DNA of 64,000 nt from Phycisphaeraceae bacterium (GTDB lineage: Bacteria > Planctomycetota > Phycisphaerae > Phycisphaerales > Phycisphaeraceae), in the NCBI GenBank assembly GCA_963674705.1, contig OY771506.1:768001-832000 (forward strand), written 5' to 3'. This document shows positions 1 through 9,802 of the stretch, piece after piece. The translations under genes and the position numbers were made by a program. Each line of letters begins with the position of its first letter. Position 1 is the stretch's first letter. Below the pieces are notes generated by a model that saw nothing but the letters and a program-made list of their open reading frames with translations, did not search any database and was not told where the DNA came from.

Positions 1-14
1 TTTGATGTTGACGC

Positions 15-40
15 AACCCGGGCTTCCGCTCGGGGCTATT
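15..40 (-). repeat. REP-like palindrome, family A copy 1
   Basis: Reverse complement AATAGCCCCGAGCGGAAGCCCGGGTT nearly matches 25904-25930 (AATAGCCCCGGGTGGAAGCCCGGGGTT); imperfect hairpin; intergenic. Confidence 0.7.
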
Positions 41-82
41 ATGTGGTGTGGTTGATGAAGAATGTGATAAGCTTCAAACAAG

Positions 83-892
83 ATGACAGAGAACAACCCT
101 TACAACGCTACGCTGCTGAATCGCAAGGATATCAACGAAGCGCTGGCCATCTTCACGGTCGGCTTTGTTGGCGATGAAAAGCTCGACTTCGAGCCGGGCC
201 AGTTCACGACGCTTGCGCTGATCGATCCCGACGCCCCGCCTCGCCCCGCCGGTTCGCGCAGGCGCGGCCCGAAGATGATCCGCCGGGCTTACTCGATCGC
301 CAACACACCCGGCCAGCAATCGCAAGCAGAGTTCTACATCGTGCGTGTAAACGATGGCAAACTCACGCCGATGCTCTGGCAACTCAAACCGGGTGACCCC
401 TTGTTCATGGATACCAAGGTCAAGGGTGAATTCACGCTCGAAGGTGTTCCTGCAAACAAGCACCTGATCCTGATCGCCACCGGCACAGGCCTCGCCCCCT
501 ACTGGTCCATGATCAACACGTACCGTGGCAATAACCGCTGGCGGAAACTGATCCTGATTGAGAGCTGCCGCAACGCGGTAGATCTGGCTTATCACGATCA
601 ACTTAAAAACATGGCGGCGGGGGATGATTCGATCATCTACCTGCCCACCGTTACGCGCGAGCCGGTAGATTCACCATGGCAAGGCCTGAGAGGCCGTATC
701 GGGAACATCCTTAAGCCCGAAGCATTCAAGTACATCACGAATATCGAACTCGATCCCGAAAAGTGCTTCGCCATGCTCTGCGGCAATCCTCAGATGATCG
801 AACAGACAACTGAATCACTAAGCAGATTAGGCTTCACCACTGGGGATCGCGATCAACCCGATGGAAACATCCGGCTAGAACGGTACTGGTAA
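83..892 (+). CDS. fpr: Ferredoxin/flavodoxin-NADP+ reductase (bacterial Fpr type)
   Basis: FEPGQF, RAYS FAD motif, ATGTGLAP, LCGNPQMI, C-terminal ERYW. Confidence 0.9.
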   Translation: MTENNPYNATLLNRKDINEALAIFTVGFVGDEKLDFEPGQFTTLALIDPDAPPRPAGSRRRGPKMIRRAYSIANTPGQQSQAEFYIVRVNDGKLTPMLWQLKPGDPLFMDTKVKGEFTLEGVPANKHLILIATGTGLAPYWSMINTYRGNNRWRKLILIESCRNAVDLAYHDQLKNMAAGDDSIIYLPTVTREPVDSPWQGLRGRIGNILKPEAFKYITNIELDPEKCFAMLCGNPQMIEQTTESLSRLGFTTGDRDQPDGNIRLERYW

Positions 893-969
893 ATTCACTT
901 TAAACAAATTTTCACTTTCATTTATGGATACTCGGAACCCGCGCTATGGGTTCGGCGTAACCATGAGTA

Positions 970-2448
970 ATGAGAGTCAAATTCATTCTTCCGGCGTTGA
1001 CTGAAGCAAAGAGTCCCTACTGGCGACCGATCAAGTATTCGCTGTTCCCGCCGCTCGGGATGGCAACGCTTGCGGCGTATCTAAAGCCGAACGATGAAGC
1101 GGTGATCGTCGATGAGCATGTTGAAACGCTGCACACTGATGATGAGCCGGACCTGGTCGTTATCCAGGTTTACATCACCAATGCCTATCGCTCATATGCG
1201 ATCGCTGATGCGTACCGGGAGCGTGGCGTTTTCGTTGCGCTGGGTGGGTTGCATGTCACCGCGCTGCCGGATGAAGCGGTGCTGCATGCGGATGCGATCT
1301 TTACGGGGCCGGGCGAGGATACGTTCCCGAGGTTTCTCGAAGACTTTAGACATAAAAGACCGGGCAAGTGTTACGCGTCGCCGAAGCGCACACTCGTCGG
1401 CATCCCGCCGATCCGCCGGGACCTGATCCGACGCAATCTTTACCTCGTGCCGAACTCCATCGTCGTGACGCGCGGCTGCCCGCATCACTGCGACTTCTGC
1501 TACAAGGATGCGTTCTTTAAAGGCGGCAAGTCGTTTTACACGCAGGATGTCGATGATGCGCTGGCGGAGATCGATCGCCTGCCGGGTCGGCATCTATATT
1601 TTCTTGACGATCATCTGCTTGGCCATACGGGGTTCGCCTCGACGTTATTCGAGGGGATGCGCGGGATGGGCAGGATATTCCAAGGGGCGGCGACGATTGA
1701 TTCGATCCTGCGCGGGAGCCTGATTGAACAGGCGGCGCAGGCCGGGCTGCGCAGTTTGTTTGTCGGCTTCGAAACGCTGAGCGAAGACAACCTTTCATCA
1801 AGCAACAAGAAACAGAACCTGGGGCGCGACTACCGAGAGGCGATCCGTCGGCTGGATGATCTTGGGATCATGATCAACGGCAGCTTTGTCTTTGGCATGG
1901 ATCACGACGGGCCGGATGTCTTTAAACGCACCGTTGACTGGGCGATCTCGCAGGGCATCACCACCGCGACCTTCCACATCCAGACGCCCTATCCCGGCAC
2001 GGCTTTGCACGATCGCATGCTCGCAGAAAAGCGTATCATCACCAACAACTGGGACCTGTACGACACCCGCCATGTCGTCTACCGCACGGTCGGTATGTCG
2101 GGCGCAGAGCTTAAGGCGGGTTACGACTGGGCATACAAAGCGTTCTATACCTGGCGATCGATCGCCGCGGCGAGCCTGAACCACGGCACGGCCAAGCATC
2201 GCGCAAAACACTTTGCCTACGCAGGGGCATGGAAGAAACTTGAACCCATGTGGAACTTCGCGATCAAATCCAAGGCATTGCCGCTTGCCAGGCCCTTGCT
2301 GGAAGCCGTGCTGTCACGCGTCAAACAGCAGAACCGGCAGCGGCGAACACGCTCAACACAAGATATTAATCTCCTGAACACGACACCGGTGACAGTATCC
2401 GCCCTGTCGAAGAAGCTGCGGGCAGGCGCGCAATCTTCATCGCAGTAA
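970..2448 (+). CDS. Cobalamin-binding-domain radical SAM protein
   Basis: PPLGMATLAA and GGLHVT in the N-terminal B12-binding-like domain; RGCPHHCDFC (CxxxCxxC); FVGFE; TPYPGT. Confidence 0.9.
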   Translation: MRVKFILPALTEAKSPYWRPIKYSLFPPLGMATLAAYLKPNDEAVIVDEHVETLHTDDEPDLVVIQVYITNAYRSYAIADAYRERGVFVALGGLHVTALPDEAVLHADAIFTGPGEDTFPRFLEDFRHKRPGKCYASPKRTLVGIPPIRRDLIRRNLYLVPNSIVVTRGCPHHCDFCYKDAFFKGGKSFYTQDVDDALAEIDRLPGRHLYFLDDHLLGHTGFASTLFEGMRGMGRIFQGAATIDSILRGSLIEQAAQAGLRSLFVGFETLSEDNLSSSNKKQNLGRDYREAIRRLDDLGIMINGSFVFGMDHDGPDVFKRTVDWAISQGITTATFHIQTPYPGTALHDRMLAEKRIITNNWDLYDTRHVVYRTVGMSGAELKAGYDWAYKAFYTWRSIAAASLNHGTAKHRAKHFAYAGAWKKLEPMWNFAIKSKALPLARPLLEAVLSRVKQQNRQRRTRSTQDINLLNTTPVTVSALSKKLRAGAQSSSQ

Positions 2449-2493
2449 TGGCAGGATTCATAAAACCTGAATACAACCGGCTACACTATTGCC

Positions 2494-3138
2494 ATGCAAC
2501 TTATCTCGATCAATACTGGGCGGGTACGCGACCACCTCATGGACGGCAAGCTGGTGCGCAGCGGGATTGTCAAGCAACCCGCACAAGGCCCCGTCATGAT
2601 GAATCGCGACGGGCTTGAAAGTGATGAGATCGCGAACACGAAACATCACGGCGGGCCGGACCAGGCGGTCTACGCTTATGCGGCTGAGCACTACGACACG
2701 TGGGCGAAGGAGCTGGATCGCGATGATCTGTCGTTCGGGCAGTTCGGCGAGAACCTGACCATCAGCGGCTTCTTTGAAGAGAATATATGCATCGGTGACA
2801 CGTTCCGTATCGGCAAAACCGTCGTGCGTGCGACGGGCCCGAGGATTCCCTGCAGCAAGTTGGACTGGTGCGTCGGTGACAAAACTACATCAAAGAAGAT
2901 GACGGACAGCCGGCGCTTCGGCATCTACCTGCGCGTCATCGAGCCCGGCATCATCAACGCGGGCAATGAAGTTGAGTTGATCGATAAAGGCGCATCCAAC
3001 CTTGGGCTGATTGCGTTGGCAGAGTTATTCCTGTTTCGGACGAAGGATATCGAGGCGATGCGTTCGGCGCTACAAGTAAAAGAGCTGGGTGAGCGCGTGC
3101 GTGCCAGGTTTGAAGAGCGCATCGCGGCCGCAGGTTGA
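2494..3138 (+). CDS. MOSC-domain protein, YiiM-like
   Basis: HHGGPDQAV, FGENLT, ICIGDTFRIG, PRIPCSKL, GIYLRVIEPG. Confidence 0.9.
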   Translation: MQLISINTGRVRDHLMDGKLVRSGIVKQPAQGPVMMNRDGLESDEIANTKHHGGPDQAVYAYAAEHYDTWAKELDRDDLSFGQFGENLTISGFFEENICIGDTFRIGKTVVRATGPRIPCSKLDWCVGDKTTSKKMTDSRRFGIYLRVIEPGIINAGNEVELIDKGASNLGLIALAELFLFRTKDIEAMRSALQVKELGERVRARFEERIAAAG

Positions 3139-3139
3139 A

Positions 3140-4054
3140 TCAGGGGTCCTGCCCTTCATCGATATCGCACGATGTGTTGAGTCTTAGGTAGTGGGGATAA
3201 ATCTCGGGTAGAACCTGTGGGCCGATGTAGTCCGGCAGGTTCATATAGATACCGCGGATCACGTGAGCCAGTTCGTTGCCCTGCTCTTCGAGGGCTTTTA
3301 ACGATGCGTCGGCCGTATCGTTTTCGTAATAGGTGTAATAAATCCCCATGAACGCATACGGGCGGAAGTCGTAGATATGTTTGGTGTTAACCAGGTAGAC
3401 ATCGTCTCTCAGGATCGGGTTGATGTAGCTGTGGACACCACGGTGCTCCTGCTCCATCCAATACACGAAGGTCCAGTCACCGTCGATGACGGTGTGTTGA
3501 TGTTTAACAGGCCCGGCAAATTGCTTGTAGAGCGGTATGTTGGTCACGTGCTCGGTCGAGAGTTCGATCCGCCACCACGCGGGGGTGTGTTCGTGCAGAT
3601 CGCGCACGTACTGTTCGACATCGGACGGGTTGTAGCCGTCAACGGGATACGCTTGCGCTTCTTCATAGGTCTGATTTGCGATCAGATCGACCAACTCATC
3701 GACTTCCACCCGTCCCGCACGATCGGCGACATCCAGTTCATCCGCATTGTCGGCAAAGAACATCTCGTTGAGCAGCCCACCCGAGCCGAAGTCGGCCCGC
3801 CGGTGTTTGTTGAACTCCACGCCGGGTGCGGGCGCGTACTGCGCCTGTCGCCAGGCCTCGTATCGATCCGTCACGCTCGACCGCTGTAAACGCGTCATCG
3901 CCAGGCCGAAGAAAAACAGCAGCGCCAGGACGATGAAAATCAACGGCAAGACAAGCACGGTCTCCGTCATCGCCGAACCGCGGTAGCGCGGAGATATCAG
4001 CGTTGAGCGTGTGCTTTGCTGATCTTGATTGAATGCCTTCATCATGCTTCTCAT
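3140..4054 (-). CDS. TadE-like pseudopilin/minor pilin
   Basis: Prepilin-type N-terminus RYRG|SAMTETVLVLPLIFIVLALLFFFG (Gly at -1, Glu at +5, hydrophobic helix). Confidence 0.7.
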   Translation of the reverse strand: MRSMMKAFNQDQQSTRSTLISPRYRGSAMTETVLVLPLIFIVLALLFFFGLAMTRLQRSSVTDRYEAWRQAQYAPAPGVEFNKHRRADFGSGGLLNEMFFADNADELDVADRAGRVEVDELVDLIANQTYEEAQAYPVDGYNPSDVEQYVRDLHEHTPAWWRIELSTEHVTNIPLYKQFAGPVKHQHTVIDGDWTFVYWMEQEHRGVHSYINPILRDDVYLVNTKHIYDFRPYAFMGIYYTYYENDTADASLKALEEQGNELAHVIRGIYMNLPDYIGPQVLPEIYPHYLRLNTSCDIDEGQDP

Positions 4055-4082
4055 GGCTTCTGTGATCTCAATAGTTCAATCC

Positions 4083-6143
4083 TCAATGGTTCAGCATCAC
4101 CGGTGCTAATGGTTCAACGATACGCAGGTTCTCCGCCATTTCGCTGATCACCTGCGATTCCAGGTCCGACGATATGTTCGGCCCGATGTTCACCGCATCT
4201 TCAGCCTTTTGCACCCAATCGTCGAAGTGGTCCACATCCACCGGCTCGAGGTTTGCCTGCCAGGATTGCGTCCACAAGTCCCACGAGTGGTTGTTGAAGA
4301 CGTATGCCTGCGCGATGGCGGTGTTGTAGGGGTAAGGCTTATCGCCTTGGAAGCGCGTGGGCCAGAACTTGGGACTATTCGACTGCCTTGCTACGCCGAG
4401 GAACGTGAGATACTCCAGACTGGCGCCGTAGTTATTCGGGGGTAATAGCTGATGGTCGATGTCGATCGGCGCGGGCGCATCATCCGCATTCTTGTCAAAA
4501 CCTTCCCAGGGATTGGTTACTTCGATCTGCTCGCCGACGTTGACGCCCACGAGCATGTAGTCGACCTGCCAATACACTTCCTGGGCCACATAGACCCGGG
4601 TACCATCACTACTCGTGCTCAGCTTGGGAGCCAGACCGATGGAAGGATCGCCGCCAAGGTCCGGCCCTTCGGGGTCTGTCTCGTAAACCGCGGACATCCG
4701 CCAGATGTGGTCATCGACTTTCTTCCACGTGGGCCCACTGACAATGCTTGCTGGGTCAACCGAATAAGGAGGGTGCGTAGAAGCATCGGGAACAGCAGAG
4801 CCACCACGGAAATCCACGCGCGGAGAGCGTCGGTAAGGAATGTCGACATAGTCCCAGGTAATCCCCTGCCGCTGCGGCAATCCCGGATCATCCTTGATAC
4901 GGCTCTTGATCTCCACGATGACGTACATCACCTCGGCGATCTCCGTGGAGTCATACTTTCGAGCATATTCGCTGTTGCGATCGGACGACCGTTCGTCATC
5001 GTAGTCGATGTCGATTTCCCACTTGGTGTCTTGAACTGTTCGGCTTGTGAGATCAGACCAGAGGTAACTCGATTTGCATGAGTAGATGTTACCCAAGTGG
5101 TCGCGAAGCCGACTGAATTCCCGCCGCGGTACGGTACGCCAGAGCATCACATGCTCCGGACCAAAGACACGGTATTCCTCGGGCTCCCTTCCCAACCTTG
5201 CTCGTCCCATCTGCGGTGGTAAACGGCTGGTCGTCGGAATACTGCCCGGGTCTTCATCGATCCGGTCCGTGGTGCGCCAACCGAACAGCGCATCCCATGG
5301 CCCGCGGATGGTTTCCTCGTTATCGATCTGTCCGAATCCGATCCCGGTACCATCATAATTCAGCCGTCGATCCGAACCGGGGAGCAGGCCGAACCTCATG
5401 GGCCGTTCGTAATCCGCAAACTTGCCGCGTTGCCAGGGAATGTATGGCGCAGCGGGCAGAAGCAGCCCGGCGGTGGCTTCGCCTTGCTGCCCCAGATTCG
5501 CCTGCACCGATTGGATGGCTGCGGTTTGTGCTGCTTCTGCCAGCGTCGACATCACCGCCTGGCTGTGTGCGTCCATCGAACGCATCGCCTGATGCATCTT
5601 GCCCATATTTCCGGATGGCGCCTGGTAGTGCGTCATTTCGGGGATCAGGTTCGGCTGGTTGCGGAATAGTTCATCCAGCTCGCGCATGTACTGCCGTTCT
5701 GCGATGACGCTGTCAGAATTACTCTCATCGATCATTTCACGCAGCTTGCGTGCGAACCAGACGTCCGTCACCCCCGCGCGGAGCTGACCGCTGACCGCCT
5801 GCGCCAGCGCATCAACATCACCGAGCTCAGACTCGGTCTCGTCGGTGATCGACAGGTCCACCGCCAGAGGCACGCCATCGAGATAACTGACCGCGGCGAT
5901 CAGCCGGGCCGTCTCGACGTTGTTCATCGCGACCGTGTTCATGCTGCGCGCCACCTGGCTGGCGCCGCCGATCGCCGCCGAATCCGCGGCGTGCTGGGTG
6001 ACGACACGGCTTTGCACGCTCGTGCCGACGTTGAAGACGTAGAAGAGCAGCGACGCGATCAGGATGATCGCCAGGAGTGTGATTACCATCACCACGCCCC
6101 CGCTGCGCACGCGAGACGGTGCTAAATTCAGGGCGTTATCCAT
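4083..6143 (-). CDS. TadG-like (Tad domain) large pseudopilin/tip adhesin candidate
   Basis: RSG|GVVMVITLL hydrophobic helix followed by VG..VQSR..TQHAADSAAIGGA, the Tad/TadG N-terminal signature; long soluble C-terminal region. Confidence 0.75.
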   Translation of the reverse strand: MDNALNLAPSRVRSGGVVMVITLLAIILIASLLFYVFNVGTSVQSRVVTQHAADSAAIGGASQVARSMNTVAMNNVETARLIAAVSYLDGVPLAVDLSITDETESELGDVDALAQAVSGQLRAGVTDVWFARKLREMIDESNSDSVIAERQYMRELDELFRNQPNLIPEMTHYQAPSGNMGKMHQAMRSMDAHSQAVMSTLAEAAQTAAIQSVQANLGQQGEATAGLLLPAAPYIPWQRGKFADYERPMRFGLLPGSDRRLNYDGTGIGFGQIDNEETIRGPWDALFGWRTTDRIDEDPGSIPTTSRLPPQMGRARLGREPEEYRVFGPEHVMLWRTVPRREFSRLRDHLGNIYSCKSSYLWSDLTSRTVQDTKWEIDIDYDDERSSDRNSEYARKYDSTEIAEVMYVIVEIKSRIKDDPGLPQRQGITWDYVDIPYRRSPRVDFRGGSAVPDASTHPPYSVDPASIVSGPTWKKVDDHIWRMSAVYETDPEGPDLGGDPSIGLAPKLSTSSDGTRVYVAQEVYWQVDYMLVGVNVGEQIEVTNPWEGFDKNADDAPAPIDIDHQLLPPNNYGASLEYLTFLGVARQSNSPKFWPTRFQGDKPYPYNTAIAQAYVFNNHSWDLWTQSWQANLEPVDVDHFDDWVQKAEDAVNIGPNISSDLESQVISEMAENLRIVEPLAPVMLNH

Positions 6144-8730
6144 CCTCGCCTCCCTCTCTGTCCTTACTTTCGGCCAAACCCTTGGTGACCTGCTCTCGCA
6201 ATGCAGTCAATTCATCGGTAACCCGGATCTTCGCCGCGGTTGACAATATCCCACGCGCGCTTGGCCATTGTTCGTTGGCGATATACCCACGGGCCTGGGC
6301 GAGCAGATGATTGAACTCGGTGTCGTCCAGCCTCTGCTCGATCTCTTCGGTTTTCATCACATCGCGGGCGCTGCGAAACGCCTGCTTGGCCTGGGCGTAT
6401 CGGCCTTGCTCGGCATAGCCGTCGCCCTGCTTGAGAAGCTCGCGGTAACGCACGTGGCGGGCGTGGCGTTCCATCGCTTCGGCGACCGCCGGGCTGTCCG
6501 GCTGCAATTCCTTCGCTTCGTCCAGCACTTCGCCGGCCCGTTCGAGTTGACCTTGTGCTATCAACTGCTCGGCCTGCGCCAATGCCGCCCCGGCCTCAAC
6601 ACGATTCAGCGCCGACTGGACTTGCTCATCAGGCCCGCTCTGTAACGCGGCGCGGTAGTGGCTGGCCGCTTGCAAAAGATCGCCGGAGGCTTCTGCTCGT
6701 TTACCGGCCTCGATATACGAACGCTTTTCGATTGTCACGTTCATGCGCGCAAGCCAACCGCGAGCCTCGGCGTTATTCGGATCAAACGCCAATGCATTGG
6801 TGAACGCCGCCTGGGCCCCCGCTTCATCGCCGGATTCGACCAACGCTCGCCCTTTTGTCATCGCCGCCTTCGACTTGAGTATCTGAATGCGTGACGAAAG
6901 TGAGTCGTCTTCCATGAGCGCAATCGCCTCTTCGAATGACTGGATCGCCTTGTCGTAATCCGCGCTGCGCTCCGCCGATTCACCGCCGGCCACCAGTTCA
7001 CGGAAAGACTTCAGCACCGTCAGCGACTCGATCTTCTCGTCGATGCGCGGATTTTGCAGACGCCGTTTCACGCCGGACAGGTGGTTGATCGCGCCGGACA
7101 CGTTGTTTTGTTCGACCATTTCATCTGCAGTTGCCAACGCCTCATCAACCTGTTCGCGTTCAAGCTCCGCATCGATCCGAACCTGGAAGTCCAGAAGCGC
7201 CTTGGATTCATTTTCCGTCAGTTCGTTGCGCTGTGCTTCCTTGATAACGTTGCGTGCCTGTGCAAATTCCCCGGCTTCAAGATGGGTCTGCACCTCGGCA
7301 ACCGTATTGTCAAACGCCTGGCGTCGATCGACCTCATCGCTTAACGCTTTGACGGCTTCACGGCTGGCGGGGCCCGCCTCGGCCAGCATTTCGAGGTCCG
7401 TGGTCAGGCTGCGCGCTTCGTCGTACCGGTTTTCCGACAGCGCGATCTGCGCCTTGGCAATCAGTGCGCCGACTTTGCCGTGTAAAGCAAGCTCATCCCC
7501 CGGCTCGGGCCAGGCAGTAGCCTGTGCTTCATACAGTGAGATCGCATCCGCGAAGCGCCCGGCCCTGTAGGCGACGTCCGCATCTGCAAGCGATGACGCC
7601 GCGAGCGAACGCTTGTGTTCGTATGCGTTCTTGTTGATCGTGCTGACGGTAAACCACACGCCAAGTGAGAGCACAACCACGACCGCGGCCGCGATCCCGA
7701 TGACCATCGGTTTCTTGCTGGGCTGCGGCAGTTCGGTCGTATCGCCCGGGCCGGTCGCTTTGATTTGTGCGCCGGAAGGTGTGAATGCATCGGGGGAGGC
7801 TTCTGCTTTGACGATGGCGTCCTGCCCGAAGTGGCGCTGGATGGCTTCAAGCAACTGCTCGCCCGATGCGATACGCTTGCTGCGGTCTTTGGCCATCATC
7901 CTGGAAATCAGGTCGCTTAAACGCACGGGTACGCGGGGATTCAGTTCGTGCAGGTGCGGCGCCTGGACGCGCGCGTTGGTGTGCCACTTCATCCAGCGCA
8001 TCGCAGAGTTGCGCTTATCGCCGATCACTGCATTGAATACATGCTCGAACGCACCACGCCCGGCAAGCATCTCGTAGGCGATGATCCCAAGCGCGTAGAT
8101 GTCCGACCGTGCATCCCCCGCCACGCCGTGGAATAATTCCGGCGCCATGTACCGGGCCGCGTCCGGGCTAAGCGCCTCTTGCTCGGCGATCAAACCCGTG
8201 ACACCCGCATCAACGACCTGAACACCGCCGCTCAAGCGCAGCACAATGTTGCTCGGTCGCAAGCCGCCGTGGATCATCCCGAGCTTGTGCAGTTGGCTTA
8301 GCACCTTGGCGGTGCTGTGTACGATCCGCAGGCCGCGCACAAGATCGAACGGGTCGGGCCGGCTGTTCAAAAGCTGTTCGATACTCGCGCCGCCGGCATA
8401 ATCGGACACCAGGAACGCCCCGCGGGGATCGTCGATCAATTCCTTCAAGAGCACGACCCGCCGCCCGGACTCACCGAGTTTGCCCTGCTTGTCGATTTCT
8501 TTCTGGCAACGCTCTAAAAACGAACGCTCACGCGACATCGGCGAACCCGGGATCAACTCGCGCACCATCGCGTCAGCACCCGTTTGCGTATGCTGTGCTC
8601 GCCAGACAACGCACGTCTCAGCCGCACTGAGCAGACTGACGATCTGGTAAGACCCCACGGTATCGCCGACCTTCAGGACCGGTTGCACGTCGGAGGCAGC
8701 ATCTTGTGGTATTTCGTTGGCGTCTGTCAT
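6136..8730 (-). CDS. Hanks-type Ser/Thr pseudokinase + single TM helix + long TPR-like extracytoplasmic region
   Basis: Kinase fold motifs YMAPE, RSDIYALG..YEMLAG are present but catalytic motifs are degenerate; TM MVIGIAAAVVVVLSLGVWF; TPR-like repeats such as AQAAFTNALAFDPNNAEAR. Confidence 0.85.
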   Translation of the reverse strand: MTDANEIPQDAASDVQPVLKVGDTVGSYQIVSLLSAAETCVVWRAQHTQTGADAMVRELIPGSPMSRERSFLERCQKEIDKQGKLGESGRRVVLLKELIDDPRGAFLVSDYAGGASIEQLLNSRPDPFDLVRGLRIVHSTAKVLSQLHKLGMIHGGLRPSNIVLRLSGGVQVVDAGVTGLIAEQEALSPDAARYMAPELFHGVAGDARSDIYALGIIAYEMLAGRGAFEHVFNAVIGDKRNSAMRWMKWHTNARVQAPHLHELNPRVPVRLSDLISRMMAKDRSKRIASGEQLLEAIQRHFGQDAIVKAEASPDAFTPSGAQIKATGPGDTTELPQPSKKPMVIGIAAAVVVVLSLGVWFTVSTINKNAYEHKRSLAASSLADADVAYRAGRFADAISLYEAQATAWPEPGDELALHGKVGALIAKAQIALSENRYDEARSLTTDLEMLAEAGPASREAVKALSDEVDRRQAFDNTVAEVQTHLEAGEFAQARNVIKEAQRNELTENESKALLDFQVRIDAELEREQVDEALATADEMVEQNNVSGAINHLSGVKRRLQNPRIDEKIESLTVLKSFRELVAGGESAERSADYDKAIQSFEEAIALMEDDSLSSRIQILKSKAAMTKGRALVESGDEAGAQAAFTNALAFDPNNAEARGWLARMNVTIEKRSYIEAGKRAEASGDLLQAASHYRAALQSGPDEQVQSALNRVEAGAALAQAEQLIAQGQLERAGEVLDEAKELQPDSPAVAEAMERHARHVRYRELLKQGDGYAEQGRYAQAKQAFRSARDVMKTEEIEQRLDDTEFNHLLAQARGYIANEQWPSARGILSTAAKIRVTDELTALREQVTKGLAESKDREGGEDG

Positions 8731-8754
8731 GTGGCTCGGTCGTTCACTCTTCCG

Positions 8755-9570
8755 TTAGTTATGAGGTATGCGCGGCAGCGAGGGCGGATCGGGCAATTCG
8801 GGGTCGAGCCCTTCGTTGGTCAACGTGTAATGCGCGGTGACCAGCGCGTATCGTCCACGGCCGTCGGTATGTTCGCCATCCGCGAATAATGCCCCCACAT
8901 AGGGGACGGATAAATTAAACCGGTGTTCAACACGGACCGTGATCGGATCACGCGGACCAAAGACGTGCCCTTCCGATCCGATGTCGTAGAACTCGACCGC
9001 CCCGTCGTCGTCATCGACTTCCACGATGTAGACATCGGTGTTGTCAGCCGCGTAATGCAACCGCTCTGCTGCCAGTGTCTCGACCCATCTTGGCGTATCC
9101 TGCCCATAGTCAGAGAAGTAGCTTTCAAGCCCGGCCACGTATGCCTCGGGGTCCACATCTTCATTGCTATCCGTCCGCTTGCCGCAGACCGGTGCGACCG
9201 CCAGGTACGCCGCGGAGCGGATCGCGTCGAACTTAGTCCGGCCCTTCACAGGCATGATCGCGTTGCGGCCCTCTTCGCCAAGGTCGGAATAATCCTGCGA
9301 GATATAGACGATCGCCGAACGTGTCGCCGCGAATGCGGAATAATGCACGTACTGGTTGCCCACCATCAGCAGCGTCGACTGAAGCAGGATGAGCACGAGG
9401 AACAGGACGATCGGCAGGACCATGCAGAACTCGATCGTGGCGGTGCCTGATTCGGGGCGCAACAGGGCGCGGTAAAGGCGCTTCGCGATCGAACCGGTGA
9501 GGGCCGATGCGATAAAACCACCCCTTGCGGGCGGGCCCATGATTACTTGGCCGTCAGCTTGGCTGGGCAT
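8755..9570 (-). CDS. TadE-like pseudopilin
   Basis: ESG|TATIEFCMVLPIVLFLVLILLQ...YSAFAATRSA TadE signature; start placed at ATG 9570 after AAAGGAG RBS. Confidence 0.8.
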   Translation of the reverse strand: MPSQADGQVIMGPPARGGFIASALTGSIAKRLYRALLRPESGTATIEFCMVLPIVLFLVLILLQSTLLMVGNQYVHYSAFAATRSAIVYISQDYSDLGEEGRNAIMPVKGRTKFDAIRSAAYLAVAPVCGKRTDSNEDVDPEAYVAGLESYFSDYGQDTPRWVETLAAERLHYAADNTDVYIVEVDDDDGAVEFYDIGSEGHVFGPRDPITVRVEHRFNLSVPYVGALFADGEHTDGRGRYALVTAHYTLTNEGLDPELPDPPSLPRIPHN

Positions 9571-9802
9571 CGTCTCCTTTCGGTCCCCAGGACTGGCCCC
9601 GGCACACCCCAATCAACCCCGGAACGCGGTTGCCTATTCTACCCGATGCCCCCCGGGTGGACGATCGTAAAACGCACGAAACGGGACCGGATTTCAGCCC
9701 TGAGAGGCGGTCAGGGCTAAAAATCGTATCTTGTATCTTGAGTGAACCATGATCTAACCGTAAATTGAGGTGTTTGGCTTGGACATCTCGTGAGACTTTC
9801 AT

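Noticed and set aside
9613..9802. Purine or xanthine riboswitch ahead of ade
   Set aside because: One hairpin (AGCCCTGA/TCAGGGCT) but no recognisable aptamer consensus
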